33,787 nucleotides of DNA from Chiloscyllium plagiosum. Its lineage: Eukaryota. Under the pieces are notes generated by a model. It was not told the origin of the DNA. It did no database searches and saw only the letters and a list, made by a program, of their open reading frames with translations. Positions 22,062-33,666 of the stretch are shown in pieces (positions within the stretch are counted from its first letter, which is position 1; the number at the start of each line of letters is the position of its first letter). The DNA lies in NCBI RefSeq assembly GCF_004010195.1, contig NW_025213507.1:1-33787 (forward strand), read 5' to 3'. The position numbers and the translations under genes are program-made.

Positions 22062-22452
22062 ACGTAAAAAGAATTGGCATCCATACATCGGCAGTTGACA
22101 TTTACAGGAGCGATTGTAGTGTGAACATCAGAAAGGAAAATATAATGTATTTGTCAAATCGATAGCCATTCAGAAACTCGGAGGCATGAAGATATCTACC
22201 TATCGATGTGTTAAGTATCGTTCTCAGCTCGCAAGTCTGCAATCCACCTCCTTTCCGGAAATTCATGTGTTAACACTCGTTGCAATCTTATTCAGGAAAT
22301 ATCCCTCCCGATTATGAAAACAACTGCACACTCAGCTCAATTTCATTGAACATGGGCCAGGAACAAAAATTCAGCTCCATGTTCCTCCACTGTAAAGCCA
22401 AGTCCTCAAACATCAGAAGAATAAATATTGAAACTTCATAAAAGAAGAAAAA
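22062..22452 (+). pseudogene. Decayed Ig C2 (+ TM) exon, similar in layout to 296-688
   Basis: ttcttttgtag| ... aaa|gtaaga; 391 nt. Reads DVKRIGIHTSAVDIYRSDCSVNI, (shift) KSIAIQKLGGMKISTYRCVKY, then hydrophobic IHVLTLVAILFRK. Confidence 0.55.
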
Positions 22453-23029
22453 GTAAGAAGAATTTTAACTCTCCACTGAAACACTTCACATGTGAAATTC
22501 TGTGGACACGCGTCCGAATTTTGCAGCTTTACCATGTTGATCTGGTCATATGATGACAGTGTCAATTATTAAAGAATCACACGACTCCAGGTTGTTGACC
22601 AACAGGTTGAATTGGAAGTACTAGATTTCGGAGCGCTGCTCCTTCAACAGGTTGTTGTGCAGTATAAGATCTTAAGACATAGAATAATAACAACGTTTCA
22701 GAGTGATGTAGCTGAAATGATATATTGAACAAAAGGACTATTTGTTTACTCTCTTATCTTTTAGAATGCCAATGTTGCTTTCAGTTCTTTCATATGGAAA
22801 TCGCAGAAGATGTTTTAAAGTTGCATTCTCAAGTGAACTGTAACAACATATGCTATGGCAGCGCCGATAATGCATTGGAGGTCTGTGGTGCCTGTGTGAG
22901 GTGACCTGAGTCCCAATATTCAGACTGAATCTCATCTTCAAAACGGATTCACAGAATCTTACATTGATTCGTGCTGTTTTTGAGCCAAGTAAAATATAAT
23001 TCTGCAAGTACAAATTCACCTCACAAATT

Positions 23030-23320
23030 AGGGCGTCACAGTGGTTCGCACTGCTGCCTCACAGCGCCAGAGACCTAGCTTCAATTCCTGCTCAGGCAAC
23101 TGTCTGTATGGAGTTGCACATTCTCCCCGTGGGTTTCCTCCGGGTGCTCCGGTTTCCTCCCACAGTCCATAAATGTGCAGGTTAGGTGAATTGGCCATGC
23201 TAAATTGTCCGTAGTGTTAGCTGAAGGTGGAAATATATGGGTGGGTTGCTCTTTGGAGGGTTGGTGTGGACTTGTTGGGCCGAAGGGCCTGTTTCAACGC
23301 TGCAAGTAATCGTATCTAAT
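23030..23320 (+). mobile_element. HE1-type tRNA-derived V-SINE
   Basis: A/B-box-like cacagtggttcgcactgctgcctcacagcgccag...ttcaattcc; V-domain gggtttcctccgggtgctccggtttcctccca; CR1-like tail gggccgaagggcctgtttc...gtaatcgtatctaat. Confidence 0.95.
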
Positions 23321-23330
23321 TACATTAGTA

Positions 23331-23350
23331 TGTGTGTGTGTGTGTGTGTG
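23331..23350. repeat. (TG)10 microsatellite within a degenerate TG-rich tract
   Basis: Read directly from the sequence. Confidence 0.95.
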
Positions 23351-24389
23351 AAAATGTGTCTGTCTGTGTTGGGAGCATGAATGTCTGTGAAAGAATGTGT
23401 GCAGATGTAAAGGGTATATGTGTGTGAGAGACTTCGGTGTGGGTGTGAGTACAGGAGTGCAGCTGTGAGCGTATGAGACAGGGCAGCATGAGAGTGCGTG
23501 CCTGTGGGAGAGAGGGAAGGAATGTCTGTGTGTGTGTTGTGCAATGCGGTCACCTGTACTGTGACATGAACCTAAGGTCCCGGTTGAGGCAATCCTCATC
23601 GGTCCTGAACTTGGTTACCAGCCTCTCTCAATTGAAAGCAATGATTTGACGATGCCGCGGTCAGTGAGACAGATTGTGCGGTTAAGTGTGATTGTGAGTG
23701 TAAAGGCGTAAGACTCTGTGAGAGGGTGCGTGTTTGAGTGTGGGATCGTATCAAAGGGGGTCTGCGTGAGTGTGTGTGTCTGTAACAAAGTTTGAAATTG
23801 ATTTTCCCCGAAACTTAAGAGGAAATGTTTCAGTCCAGTGTTGAAGAGTATTAAGTAAAAATAGGTTGAGGAGAAAGGGGTTGCTAATAGTTGTTGGTTT
23901 TAATATTCTCTTTTGGGTTTACAGAAAACAAAAGTTATTTTTCTTTCAGTTGTGCCGTTCTTTTTCGCTTCAAATTTAACAGATTACGGTGTCAGGTGAG
24001 ATTCTCTGTGTGTCTTTTTAAAAAATTGGCAGTGTGTTTTATAGTGTGGAGGTTCTCGCCTGTGATTTCGATACGATCAGGTAGATCCATTATGAGATTT
24101 GGACAGGTTTCAATAGATGTGTGGATCGAGAAAATAACAATAGATTAAAGCATATGCCGGTTAGTGTCCTGGATCATTAAATAAAACATAGCTGTCACAA
24201 TTTGTTTAATTTTAGTTACTTATGATTGGTTAAATTAAAAGTGAGAGTAATGTCTGTTAAAATTGGGGAAAAGTATCTGGGGTTTGAATATGATTCCAAG
24301 TTTGCAAAGATTGTTTGGAAAGAAAAGATTAAAAAAAAGTCCCGTTGGAATTAAAAACAGAGGTTAGAAGCTGAAATTGTCAGGGAATT

Positions 24390-25904
24390 ACTCAGGAGGG
24401 CAAAACGGACAGTGAGATAGCTTTGGCAAATAGAATTATGGAGAATCCAAAGGGTTTTTACAGATATATTAAGGACCAAGAGGTGACTAAGGAGAGAATA
24501 GGGCCACTCAAAGATCAGCAAGGCGGCCTTTGTGCGGAACCACAGAAAATGGGGGAGATACTAAATGAATATTTGACATCAGTATTTATTGTGGAAAGGA
24601 ATATGGAAGATATAGACTGTAGAGAAATAGATGGTGACATCTTGCAAAGTGTCCAGATTACAGAGGAGGAACAGCTGGATGTCTTAAAACAGTAAAAGGT
24701 GGATAAATCCCCAGGACATGATCAGGTGTACCCGAGAGCTCTGTGGAAAGCTAGGGAAGAGATTGCGGGGCCTCTTGCTGAGATATTGTTATCATCGATA
24801 GTCACAGGTGAGGTGCCGGAAGACAGAAGGCTGGCAAACGTGTGCCAAAGTTTAAGAAGGGCGATAAAGAAAAGCCAGGGAACTATAGAACGGTGAACCT
24901 GACCTCGGTGGTGGGCAGGTTGTTGGAGGGAATCCTGAGTGACAGGATACACATGTATTTGGACAGGCAAGCACTCATGAGGGATAGTCAATATGTCTTT
25001 GTGCGTGGGAATTCATGTCCCACAAACTTGGTTGAGTTTTTTGAAGTAACAAAGAAGATTGATGAGGGCAGAGCAGTAGATGTGATCCAAACGGACTTCA
25101 TTTAGGCGTTCGGCAAGGATCCCCATGGGAGACTGATTAGCAAGGTTAGATCTCATGGAATACAGGGAGAACTAGCCATTTGCATACAGAACTCGCTTAA
25201 AGTGTAGAAGACAGAGGGTGGTGGTGGAAGGTTGTTTTTCAGACTGGAGGCCTGTGGCCAGTGGAGTGCCACAAGGATCGGTGCAAGGCCATCGAATTTG
25301 GTCATTTACATAAATGAGTTGGATGCGAGCATAATACGTACAGTTAGTAAGTTTGCAGATGACACCAAAATTGGTGGTGTAGTGGACAGCGAAGAGGATT
25401 ANNNNNNNNNNNNNNNNNNNTGGCAGATGGAGTTTAATTCAGATAAATGCGAGGTGCTGCATTTTGGGAAAGCAAATCTTAGAAGGACCTATACACTTAA
25501 TGTTCAGGTCCTCGGGAGCGGTGCTGAACAAAGAGACCTTGGAGTGCAGGTTCACAGTTTGGTATACTTCCCTTTTTTGGTCAGAGCATTGAGTACAGGA
25601 GTTGAGAGGTCATGTTACGGCTGTACAGGACATCAGTTCGGCCACCGTTGGAATATTGCGTGCAATTCTGTTCTCCTTCCTATCGGAAAGATGTTGAGAG
25701 CCTTAAAACTGTTCAGAAAATATTTACGAGGATGTTGCCAGGGTTGGAGGATCTGAGCTATTGGGACAGGCTGAACAGGCTGAGGCTGTTTTCCCTGGAG
25801 AGTCGGAGGCTGAGGGGTCACCTTATCGAGGTTTACAAAATTATGAGGGGCATGGATATGATAAATAGACAATGTCTTTTCCCTGGGGTCGGGGAGTCCA
25901 TAAC
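24390..25904 (+). mobile_element. CR1 LINE ORF2 fragment nested in the LTR element
   Basis: ENPKGFYRYIK, DKSPGHDQVYPRAL, PGNYRTVNLTSVVGRLLE, KFADDTKIGG, RPPLEYCVQF. Confidence 0.97.
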
Positions 25905-26804
25905 NNNNNNNNNNNNNNNNNNNNNNNNNNNNNNNNNNNNNNNNNNNNNNNNNNNNNNNNNNNNNNNNNNNNNNNNNNNNNNNNNNNNNNNNNNNNNNNN
26001 NNNNNNNNNNNNNNNNNNNNNNNNNNNNNNNNGAGAGAAAGACAGACAGAACAAAGGGTGAGAAAAAGTGAGGGAAAGTTTTCACTGAGCAATAAGAGTG
26101 AGAATTCGAAGTTGCGAATTAGGAACTTCGTCATCAGAGTCAAGTTAACAGGATGGAAATTAGATGAGATGTTAGCATTATATACAAATATTTCAAATCT
26201 CAGCCACATTTTCATGAGAGAAATATCGAAAACCTTCTTCAACTTATTTGAAAACTTGGTGAGCCTGTTGGCGTGGTCCCTGTATTTATGGACAATGCTA
26301 GTTTAGACTAAACTGGGAGGTTAGACTAGTGAGGTATTTGCCGCTATGTCAGATGAGAGGGCAAGAGGTCAAACAGGCTATTTTAAGCGCTTATGAATTG
26401 ATACCAGAAGCGCAGAAACAGCTTTCAGAAGCATTAAAATGGAATTAGATGAGACTTATTTTTTGCGTTTGAAGGAAGTAAACACCGTCATTTCTAATAA
26501 TGGAAGCGGGACTTAAAGATAGATAAGATCTACGAGGTTCAACGTTTTTATTCTGCTGGTGGAGTTGAAAAATCATGTGGAGTGTTCGTGTGGGTATCAG
26601 AAATTCGAGAATTTTCCAAAAGTATTATGTTAAAAACGGTATAAAAGAAGGAGAATACAGCTGAGGATAACTTTCAAAAAGGTGAAAGTTGAGACGGAAA
26701 TGGAGACCACGTCAGCATAGTGCAGAACAGAAATCGGCGAAATGCAGTAGATTGTTTAGTCTATGTATTACACCATGGAATTTTTAGAAGTAGAATATGA
26801 ACTC

Positions 26805-27126
26805 GATAGATCAGACTAGATTTCCTACATTGTGGAAACAGACCCTTCGGCCCAAGCCGTCCATACCGACGCTCCGAAGAATAACCCACCCAAACTCATT
26901 TCCCCCTGACTAATGCACCTTACACTTCGGGCAATCTAGCACGGCCAATTCACCTGGCCTGCATATCTTTGGACAGTGGAAGGAAACCGGAGCACCCGGA
27001 GCAAACCCACGCTGACACTGGCAGAACGTGCAAACTCCACACAGACTGTCACACGAGGTTGGAATCGAACCTGGGACCCTGGTGCTGTGTGGCATCAGTG
27101 CTAACCACGGAGACACCGTGCCGCCC
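26805..27126 (-). mobile_element. HE1-type SINE, full length, nested in the LTR element
   Basis: Reverse complement starts gggcggcacggtgtctccgtggttagcactgatgccacacagcaccagggtcccaggttcgattcc. The V-domain and the tctag-type tail are present. Confidence 0.95.
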
Positions 27127-29325
27127 ATGGATGTGTTCACTGTGGTGTTTGAAAGACTCAGGCTTCGGTTAAAAACATCATTTTTATTGGCCTGGACTGC
27201 AGGAGGATGTTGTTAATCTTCGCCAAACGGCTCATACATGCCAAGTGGTCGGTAGGTTACAGGCAGAAATAAAGCCAGGGCCTTTGTTAACAATTCCCGC
27301 ACGTGAAGAACGTTTCACACGGGTTCTGTAAGATTGTGTCGGGCATCTGCCGAGAAATAAAAATGGGAAACAGTTTTCGTTAACCATAATGGCCGTGTCT
27401 ACCAGATTTCAAGATTCATTTGAATTATGAGAATTAAGGCAAAATGATTGATAGAGGAGATCGTTGCTTTATTCACGTGTTATGGGATACCCAGAGAGAT
27501 TCATTTGAATCAAGGCTCTAATTTTACTGCAAGCCTAGTTATGGGTTTGGATTTTATTCAAGTACCTATCATACTTAATCCAAGAGAGCATTAGAAAGCT
27601 GGCATGAGACCTTGAAGACCATGTTGAGAGCAGACTGTCAGGATTACCCGAATAATGAGGATGAAGATGTCCAATTCGTATTGTTTCCCATTACAGATGC
27701 ACCAAATCAATCTACTCAGCTTACTCCCTTCGAGTTAATATTCTGACATGAAGGTGAGGACCCATGAAATTATTTAAAGTAAACTTGGCAAGCCCAAAGC
27801 ACAAGACCTAACAATTTGGTTTTGCATCTGGTGAGAGGAAGAGGTTATTTCGAGCAGTTGATATCGCTAAAACGTTCCAAAAGGGACCACAGCATAAAAG
27901 GAAGCAGTTTCCATATACAAGCACAAACTCGGACGTTGTCTTTAGGTCATGAGGTTTTAGTACTGTTGTCAGTGATCGGACACAGTTTAAAGTCAGGTTG
28001 AGTAGCCCCTGATAAATTTAGAAAAAAGTTGAGTTAGGTGAACTATCTCATAAAGTTGTTGACTTGTTGAAACTGTATTACACTGGAGAGAAAGAACTGA
28101 CGAAACAGGTGTAAGTTACTGCTCAGCAGAGTGCGGAATCAAATCCAGATGCTGTGGATTTTGATGTGACTCAAAATATCTTTCAAACTAAGAAGGCCTT
28201 GAGGGGTGGGAACAGGTTAATACACTATCTTCCTCAGAACTAATGAACACAGTTGAAAGTTTGTTACTGTACTATGCGGACATATGTATGAGTCTGATGC
28301 ATGGGAAGAATACGATTGTAAATGAAGTGGATATAGGGAATGCTGTTCAGATAAAGCAACACCCCAATCAGCTTCACACCTCCAAACCTTCGAGGTCAAG
28401 AAGGGTGTGGTAACCAAAATCAACGAGGATGGCATTGAACTGAGCCAGAATGCATAAAGTTCAATGATGTTCTTAGATACCAATGCCCACATGCAAATAA
28501 CATTTCACACGGATTATGAATGAATGTGATGGACTCCTGCCTGGAAATAAAAAAAAAAGTTTTCATTATCCACAATGGTTGTACCGACCAGATTTCAAGA
28601 GGCAATTTGATTACAAGAATTCAGGCAATCAGATTGGACTCAAGACCAGACTGCATTCAACGATTTTGCTTGAATTATTGGAAGTCCTCACCGTTACAAA
28701 ATCGGATTCATATCCAATATCGAGACTGGATGTCTGTATGGAGAAAATTTGACAAGCAGTTATATCAGCAAGTTGGACAAACTGTGTGTTTATGACAAGT
28801 ACATTTACCAGTGACAGTGAAAGATATTTCTGGGCTTGCAAACCCAAATGAACTGCAACAAGTCAAAGTGATGCCCTTTGGAATGAATAACACACTCGCC
28901 AAATTTCAAAGACTCACAAACAAAGTTGTCGAGTGTTTAACAAACTGTGAAGACTGTTTGAACAATGTATTGGTGTTTCGTAAGCACTGGTAGGAGCATA
29001 CTATGCAGCTTAAACGAACACGAGAGGCGAAATTGGCAATAACATCAAACAAAACAGAAGACACAAAAGCAGAGGTGACGTTCTTGGGACATAGCAGTGG
29101 TCCTGGAAAGTTGACCACACGGAACCCAAAGACGAAGGCCATAGATGAAGTCTACCTAATAAGGTATAGATAAGGTAGTTATCTATTCAATTATGAAATA
29201 TATTTGTCTGGCAAGAAATTAATGTGAACTTAGATTAAAGTCATACACATGTCATGGTGATGCTGTTAAGGCAAATAAGAAATTGAGCCATTTTTTCGTT
29301 CTTTTGGTCCATTTGCTTTCTTCAG

Positions 29326-29675
29326 GGGAAGGGGTCATGAAGGTCTTTTCGCGTACTGTATTTTTAAAGGAGACAGGAAACTAATCCGGAAATAGAAAAG
29401 CACACCTGAAGAGAAGGTCTTAATATGTAACATTTGGTGTCCACAAACACTTTGCACGGTGTTGCCATGCACGTAACAAATTCAAACTCGGCCAATTAAT
29501 TTCAGTCGTACCCCAGATAATAAATACCAATCGAATTTCACTTTTTCAATTTGGGATGCCATCAAACCAATTAAATGATCCAATGCTTTGGGGAATAAAA
29601 CCGGACATTTTGAAGAGATTGGAAGAGAATAGCAACGACTACCAACAACCAAACTGCTAGCTATATAGCTGTCTG
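29326..29675 (+). pseudogene. Decayed Ig V-set exon
   Basis: Strong acceptor catttgctttcttcag|. Phase-1 frame gives GEGVMKVFSRTVFLKETGN*...NTNRISLFQFG...QTASYIAV (R(I)xLF.(N)G motif). Several stops. Confidence 0.4.
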
Positions 29676-29762
29676 AAAGTTCCCTTCTAAAAACAAATAT
29701 ATGCAGCAGAACACTAATGTCAAACCAGAGAAATCCACAAAGAATGTTCGAGATCTGGAGAT

Positions 29763-30048
29763 GATAACGGGTTTTCAAATTGATCTTGACGTAAATTTAA
29801 GAGGGAATGTATCGGGCCAGTATTGTTCCATGATAGTTAAAAGATAGAATTAAGAGAATGGTGTAAATAGTTTTTGGTTTTAGTATTCTCTTTCAGACGT
29901 ATAGAATAAAATTGTTAATTTTTACTTTAAATGGTGACCTTTGGGATTATTGTTTTCCTCTCGACGTTTAACGCATTGCAGCCAGCGGTGAGGGTCTCTG
30001 TGTGTCAGTTTTCGAATGATCAGAGTGTTTTAACCCCTGTCATAACCA
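29763..30048 (+). mobile_element. LTR-like segment similar to 23781-24040
   Basis: aaattgat...ttaagagggaatgt...ccagt...aatagtttttggttttagtattctcttt...ggtgagggtctctgtgtgtc is shared in the same order. Contains aataaa and ends tcataacca. Confidence 0.6.
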
Positions 30049-30194
30049 AGTCTTCATGCATTTCTCCACGATAAAGACAGGGAGGAAATGTTCATTGAGA
30101 ACCTCGCCCATTTGCGGTAGTTAGACAAAAATATAAACTCACACTCTTACACTTGAGAGGCCATAATCTTTCTGTAATAATTCTTTTATCTCAG

Positions 30195-30370
30195 CCAAAG
30201 CTATCTCGAAGCCTTCATCAATAAACTCTATTGTCCACTGCATACCTCTAGGGAATCCTTTGATCATAGCTGTCTTTACGTCGAAAATAAAGCCTTTATT
30301 CCTTCATTGCTGATCTTCTGTTCAAGAAAGTAAACAGAGATATTCAAAAAATTAAGAAAAGTCAGCATTG
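30195..30370 (+). pseudogene. Possible 5' part of an Ig C2 exon truncated by CR1
   Basis: Acceptor ttcttttatctcag|. Reads AKAISKPSSINS (PVSKP.I-like start)...LFLHC*SSVQESKQRYS. Confidence 0.35.
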
Positions 30371-30374
30371 CACT

Positions 30375-31720
30375 GTCATTTGGAAAGCTGTTGGAGCGTA
30401 TTCTAATGGACAAGACTTTTGATGTTTCAAACCACCAGGCCTAATTAGACACAGTTAAAATACCTTTCCGCAGGCAAGGGCATGTCTTATTAACATGATT
30501 GAATGTTTCGAGGAGGTGATGAAACTTGTCGTTTATGGTCGTGCTGTGGATATTATCGACATGGACTTTACTGAGACTTTCAGCAAAGCCCCTCATGATA
30601 GAGTCGTCCAGAGATTTAAATGCATGGGTTCCACGGTGAATGGGTCGCATGAATTCTTTTGGTTTTGCCCATATGAGGCAGAGGAACGTGGTGGAATAGC
30701 GGAGTTTTGTTTTCTGAAGGAAGTCCGTGACAAGTGGTGGCCCATAGTCCAGAGCGACTGGCAGCTCTGCTCTTTCTGGTTTGCATTGTTGACATGGATG
30801 AAATTGCAGATTGGTGAGTTTGTAAGTTTACAGTTGAGATTAGGTTCAGTGGTTTCTGGGAAAGTATAGAAGGTTGTCAAAGAATCAAGCAGGAAGTAGA
30901 TCTGTTCCAGGTATGCACGGAGATTTGGCAGATGGAGTTGAGTCCAGTGCTGCACTTGGAGATCATGCCTTAAGGAAGAGTACATAGTTAATTGTAGGAA
31001 CTTGAAGAGCTTTTATTTGAAGAGGGATTTTGCTTTCAAGTCCAGTGCTCCCTGAAAGTGGTAACATAAGTCGACAGGGCAGTAGAACAGGTTTATGACA
31101 TGCTTGTCTTTATTGTTCGGAGAATTGTGAGTAACAGTCAGGCTATCATATGGCAGCTTGATAAGACATTAGTTTGGCTTCTATTAGAGTTCAATTCCGT
31201 TTACCATGTTACAGGAACGTTATGGAGCTTTGGAAATGGTGCAGCAGAGATTTACCAGGATGCTACCAGGATTTGAGGATATGAGCTATAAGGAAATGCA
31301 ATTAAAAAGCTCGGGTTGTTTTCTCTCGTGAGGGGGAGTTGAGGTGAGACTTGGCAAAAGGCTACAGAAATATGAAATTAATGGATAGGGTTATTGGCCT
31401 GAGTCTCTTTCCCACAGTGAAGTGTCTAACTTTAAATTACATGCATTCAGGTGAGCGGATCAAAGTTCAAAGGGAGATAGGAAGGGTACTTTCTTTAATG
31501 CAGTGAGTTTTCGGAGTCTGGAATGTACTGTCGTGATGTCGGTAGTGGCAGAAGAGGGAGCGAAGAAAGCCTTCAGGTATGCACGTTAGAATGCAAGTCA
31601 TGTAGGGATATGGACAAAGGGCAGGCACAATGAATTAGTTTAATTTGGATGCCTGTTCAGGACAACGTCATCCGTCGAAGTGTACGTTTCTGTGCTTTCC
31701 AGGTCTATGTTAGTTGTTCC
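30375..31720 (+). mobile_element. Old CR1 LINE RT + 3' end
   Basis: SCLINMIECFEEV...AVDIIDMDFTETFSKAPHDR; gtgcagcagagatttaccaggatgctaccagg; 3' UTR. Confidence 0.9.
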
Positions 31721-31813
31721 AAATTCCCGGAATTANNNNNNNNNNNNNNNNNNNNNNNNNNNNNNNNNNNNNNNNNNNNNNNNNNNNNNNNNNNNNNNNN
31801 NNNNNNNNNNNNN

Positions 31814-32014
31814 GCGGGGTGGATGAAGAAATAGACTGTCTGGTTTCAAAGAATAAAGCCAAGTAATGTGATTTTCAGATTGTTCTATGTGAAAGGACAT
31901 TACTTCTACATTACAAACAGACAAATTTCAGACAACTACTCAAGTTTCTGTTATCGTCCTTCTGCAGTGCTTGTTTATCTCCTCTCCAGATACGCATGAA
32001 ATTCTCCTTTTACT
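31814..32014 (-). pseudogene. Possible SLAM-like C2 exon, running into a gap
   Basis: Acceptor cttcgcctcag| lies 73 nt after donor ttg|gtgagt (32087). Reads NLSVCNVEVMSFHIEQSENHITWLY. Confidence 0.4.
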
Positions 32015-32087
32015 CTGAGGCGAAGCATTCCAAGTACCAAATACATAGCATCAGCAAATGTCTATAATGTATGTTTCATTCACTCAC

Positions 32088-32230
32088 CAAACTTCTGAGC
32101 AATCTGTACTTTGATGAAACCTCCCATAAATGAGAAGAAGCCTTAGCATGTCCACTTAACTCTTGGTACCTCAGTGTGATTAGATTCAATTGCTGATTTT
32201 CCGTCATTCAATTTGGGTCTAAATGCCATC
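32088..32230 (-). pseudogene. Possible exon end (3' part of a V exon split by CR1)
   Basis: Begins DGI*TQIE immediately after the CR1 tail and ends at the consensus donor gtgagt. Confidence 0.25.
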
Positions 32231-33360
32231 ATAGAACATAGAATCTAGAACTTCGCAGCACATGACAGGCTTTTCAACCCTCGATGTTGCCCCGACCTGT
32301 GAAACCAATCTGAAGCCGTTTTATCCTGAACTATTCCACTTTCATCCGAATGTTTATCCAATGATCATTTAAATGCCCATTAACTTGCCGAGTCTATTAA
32401 TGTGATGAGCGGGGCATTCCACGCCCTGAGTGTCTATGAGTGACGAAACAACCTCTGACATCAGACCTATATCAATGAGCCCAAAATTTAAATTTATGCC
32501 ACATCGTGCTGGCCATCACCATCCGAGGGAGAAAGCTGTCAGTGTGCAACTTGTCTAAACCTCTAATAGTCTTACATGTTTCAATTGAGTCACATATCAA
32601 CCTTATTCTCTCGAACGGAAACAGCCTCAAGTCCCTCAGCCTTTCCTCGTCCTCGTCAGAACATCTTTCCATACTCAGCAACATCCTGGTAAATCTGCTG
32701 TGAGTCCTTTGCAAAGTTCCCTCGTCTTTACTGTAATGCAGTTACGAGAACTGCGCGCAATACTCCAAGTATGACTGCACCAGAATTTTGTACAGCTGAA
32801 ACTTAACCTCGTGGCTATGACCACCAATCCCTCTACCAAAAATGCCAATACTACATGTGCCTTCTTAACAGCCATATCAAACTGAGTGGTAATTTTTAGA
32901 GATCTATGCATATGGACACCAAGATCTATCTGTTCATCTGCACTGTCAAGAATTTCCTCCAGCCCACCACTCTGTATTTCTGTTGCTCTTTCCGAAGTGA
33001 ATCACTTCATACTTTTCCACAGTAAGCTCCATTTTCCACCTCTCAGCCTAGCTCTGTAGCTTGTCTATGTCGCATTGTAACCTGCAACATCGTTCGTTAC
33101 TATCCACAAATCCACCAACATCAGTGTCATTCATAATTTTCCTTACCCATTCTGCTACGCCCTCATCCAGATCCTGTTTAAAGATGACACACTGCAGTGG
33201 CTGAAACAGATACTTTCATTACACTACTGGTAACTGTACTCAGGTTATACATTTCCCATCAACCACAACCCCCTGTCTTCTGTCAGCTAGCTGATTTCTG
33301 ATCCCCACACCAAATCACGCTCGATCCCATGCCTCTTATTTTTTTGTGCAATAGCTTCCG
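32231..33360 (-). mobile_element. CR1 LINE 3' portion with terminal tail
   Basis: atagaacatagaatctagaac tail; QRTHSRFTRML...ERLRDLRLFPFERIRL. Confidence 0.93.
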
Positions 33361-33666
33361 ATGCGGATCTAAAACCAAACTTGAATGATCAAAACATCCC
33401 AACAAAATGCAATGGTACAAGCTTGACCCTCTCAAAGTATTTTCAGAAGGTGACTCTGACTCTTTTTTGTATAAAGGTTGATGTGAAGTGAGCGTTCCCC
33501 ATCTGATACAAGTCATCAAAGCACTGGACTTTCAGGAAAAAAAGAACAGTAATTTCAGGACAACAGTTGTAGCCCCAACGAATGAAAACGTAATTTTGAA
33601 TAACATAACTGTTGAAATACTGCACCAATCCGCTCGAATAGCTATTTGTAATTAACTGTTCCAATA
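33361..33666 (-). pseudogene. Decayed Ig V-set exon (HEPACAM/CD2-like)
   Basis: Acceptor ttgctgttacag|. The phase-1 frame is open for about 74 codons: LEQLITNSYSSGLVQYFNSYVIQNYVFIRWGYNCCPEITVLFFLKVQC...FIQKRVRVTF, then (shift) SENTL. Confidence 0.5.

Larger units (their letters stand above)
22565..23630 (-). mobile_element. Third Penelope-like family 3' region with TG-rich tract, interrupted by a SINE
   Basis: Minus-strand RLVTKFRTDEDCLNRDLRFMSQY (about 23556-23626) is a GIY-YIG C-terminus. A hammerhead-like ctgttgaaggagcagcgctccgaaa lies at about 22626-22650. Confidence 0.7.
23781..29150 (+). mobile_element. Gypsy/Gmr1-like LTR retrotransposon remnant (partial LTR, gag, integrase, RT)
   Basis: gag-like AILSAYELIPEAQKQ at about 26380-26420. 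Integrase GIPREIHLNQGSNFTA, SSTYHT*SKRALESWHETLKTML and TPFELIF at about 27480-27760. RT DSYPISRLDVCMEKI, VMPFGMNNTLAKFQRL, CLNNVLVF (YLDD site) and VTFLGH at about 28690-29100. Confidence 0.85.

Noticed and set aside
22345..22395. J-segment-like GPGTKIQL and SIRP-like TYRCVKYR
   Set aside because: No RSS is present, and the two motifs are about 45 codons apart with a hydrophobic stretch and a stop between them. Not supportable as an antigen-receptor or SIRP segment.
23030..23095. tRNA gene
   Set aside because: This is the tRNA-derived head of an HE1 SINE; the same applies at about 27050-27126.
23294..23599. His/Thr-rich ORFs
   Set aside because: They are translations of the CA/TG-rich tract.
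29405..29600. TCR-alpha-constant-like reading (KVLICNIW...YQSNFTFSIW...SNALG)
   Set aside because: It is out of phase with the acceptor and has stops. The in-phase frame gives a V-type RISLF motif instead.
30151..30317. Minus-strand exon-like segment (GFIFDVKTAMIKGFPRGMQW...)
   Set aside because: No recognisable family and an early stop. It overlaps the plus-strand C2-like start, which has the better acceptor.
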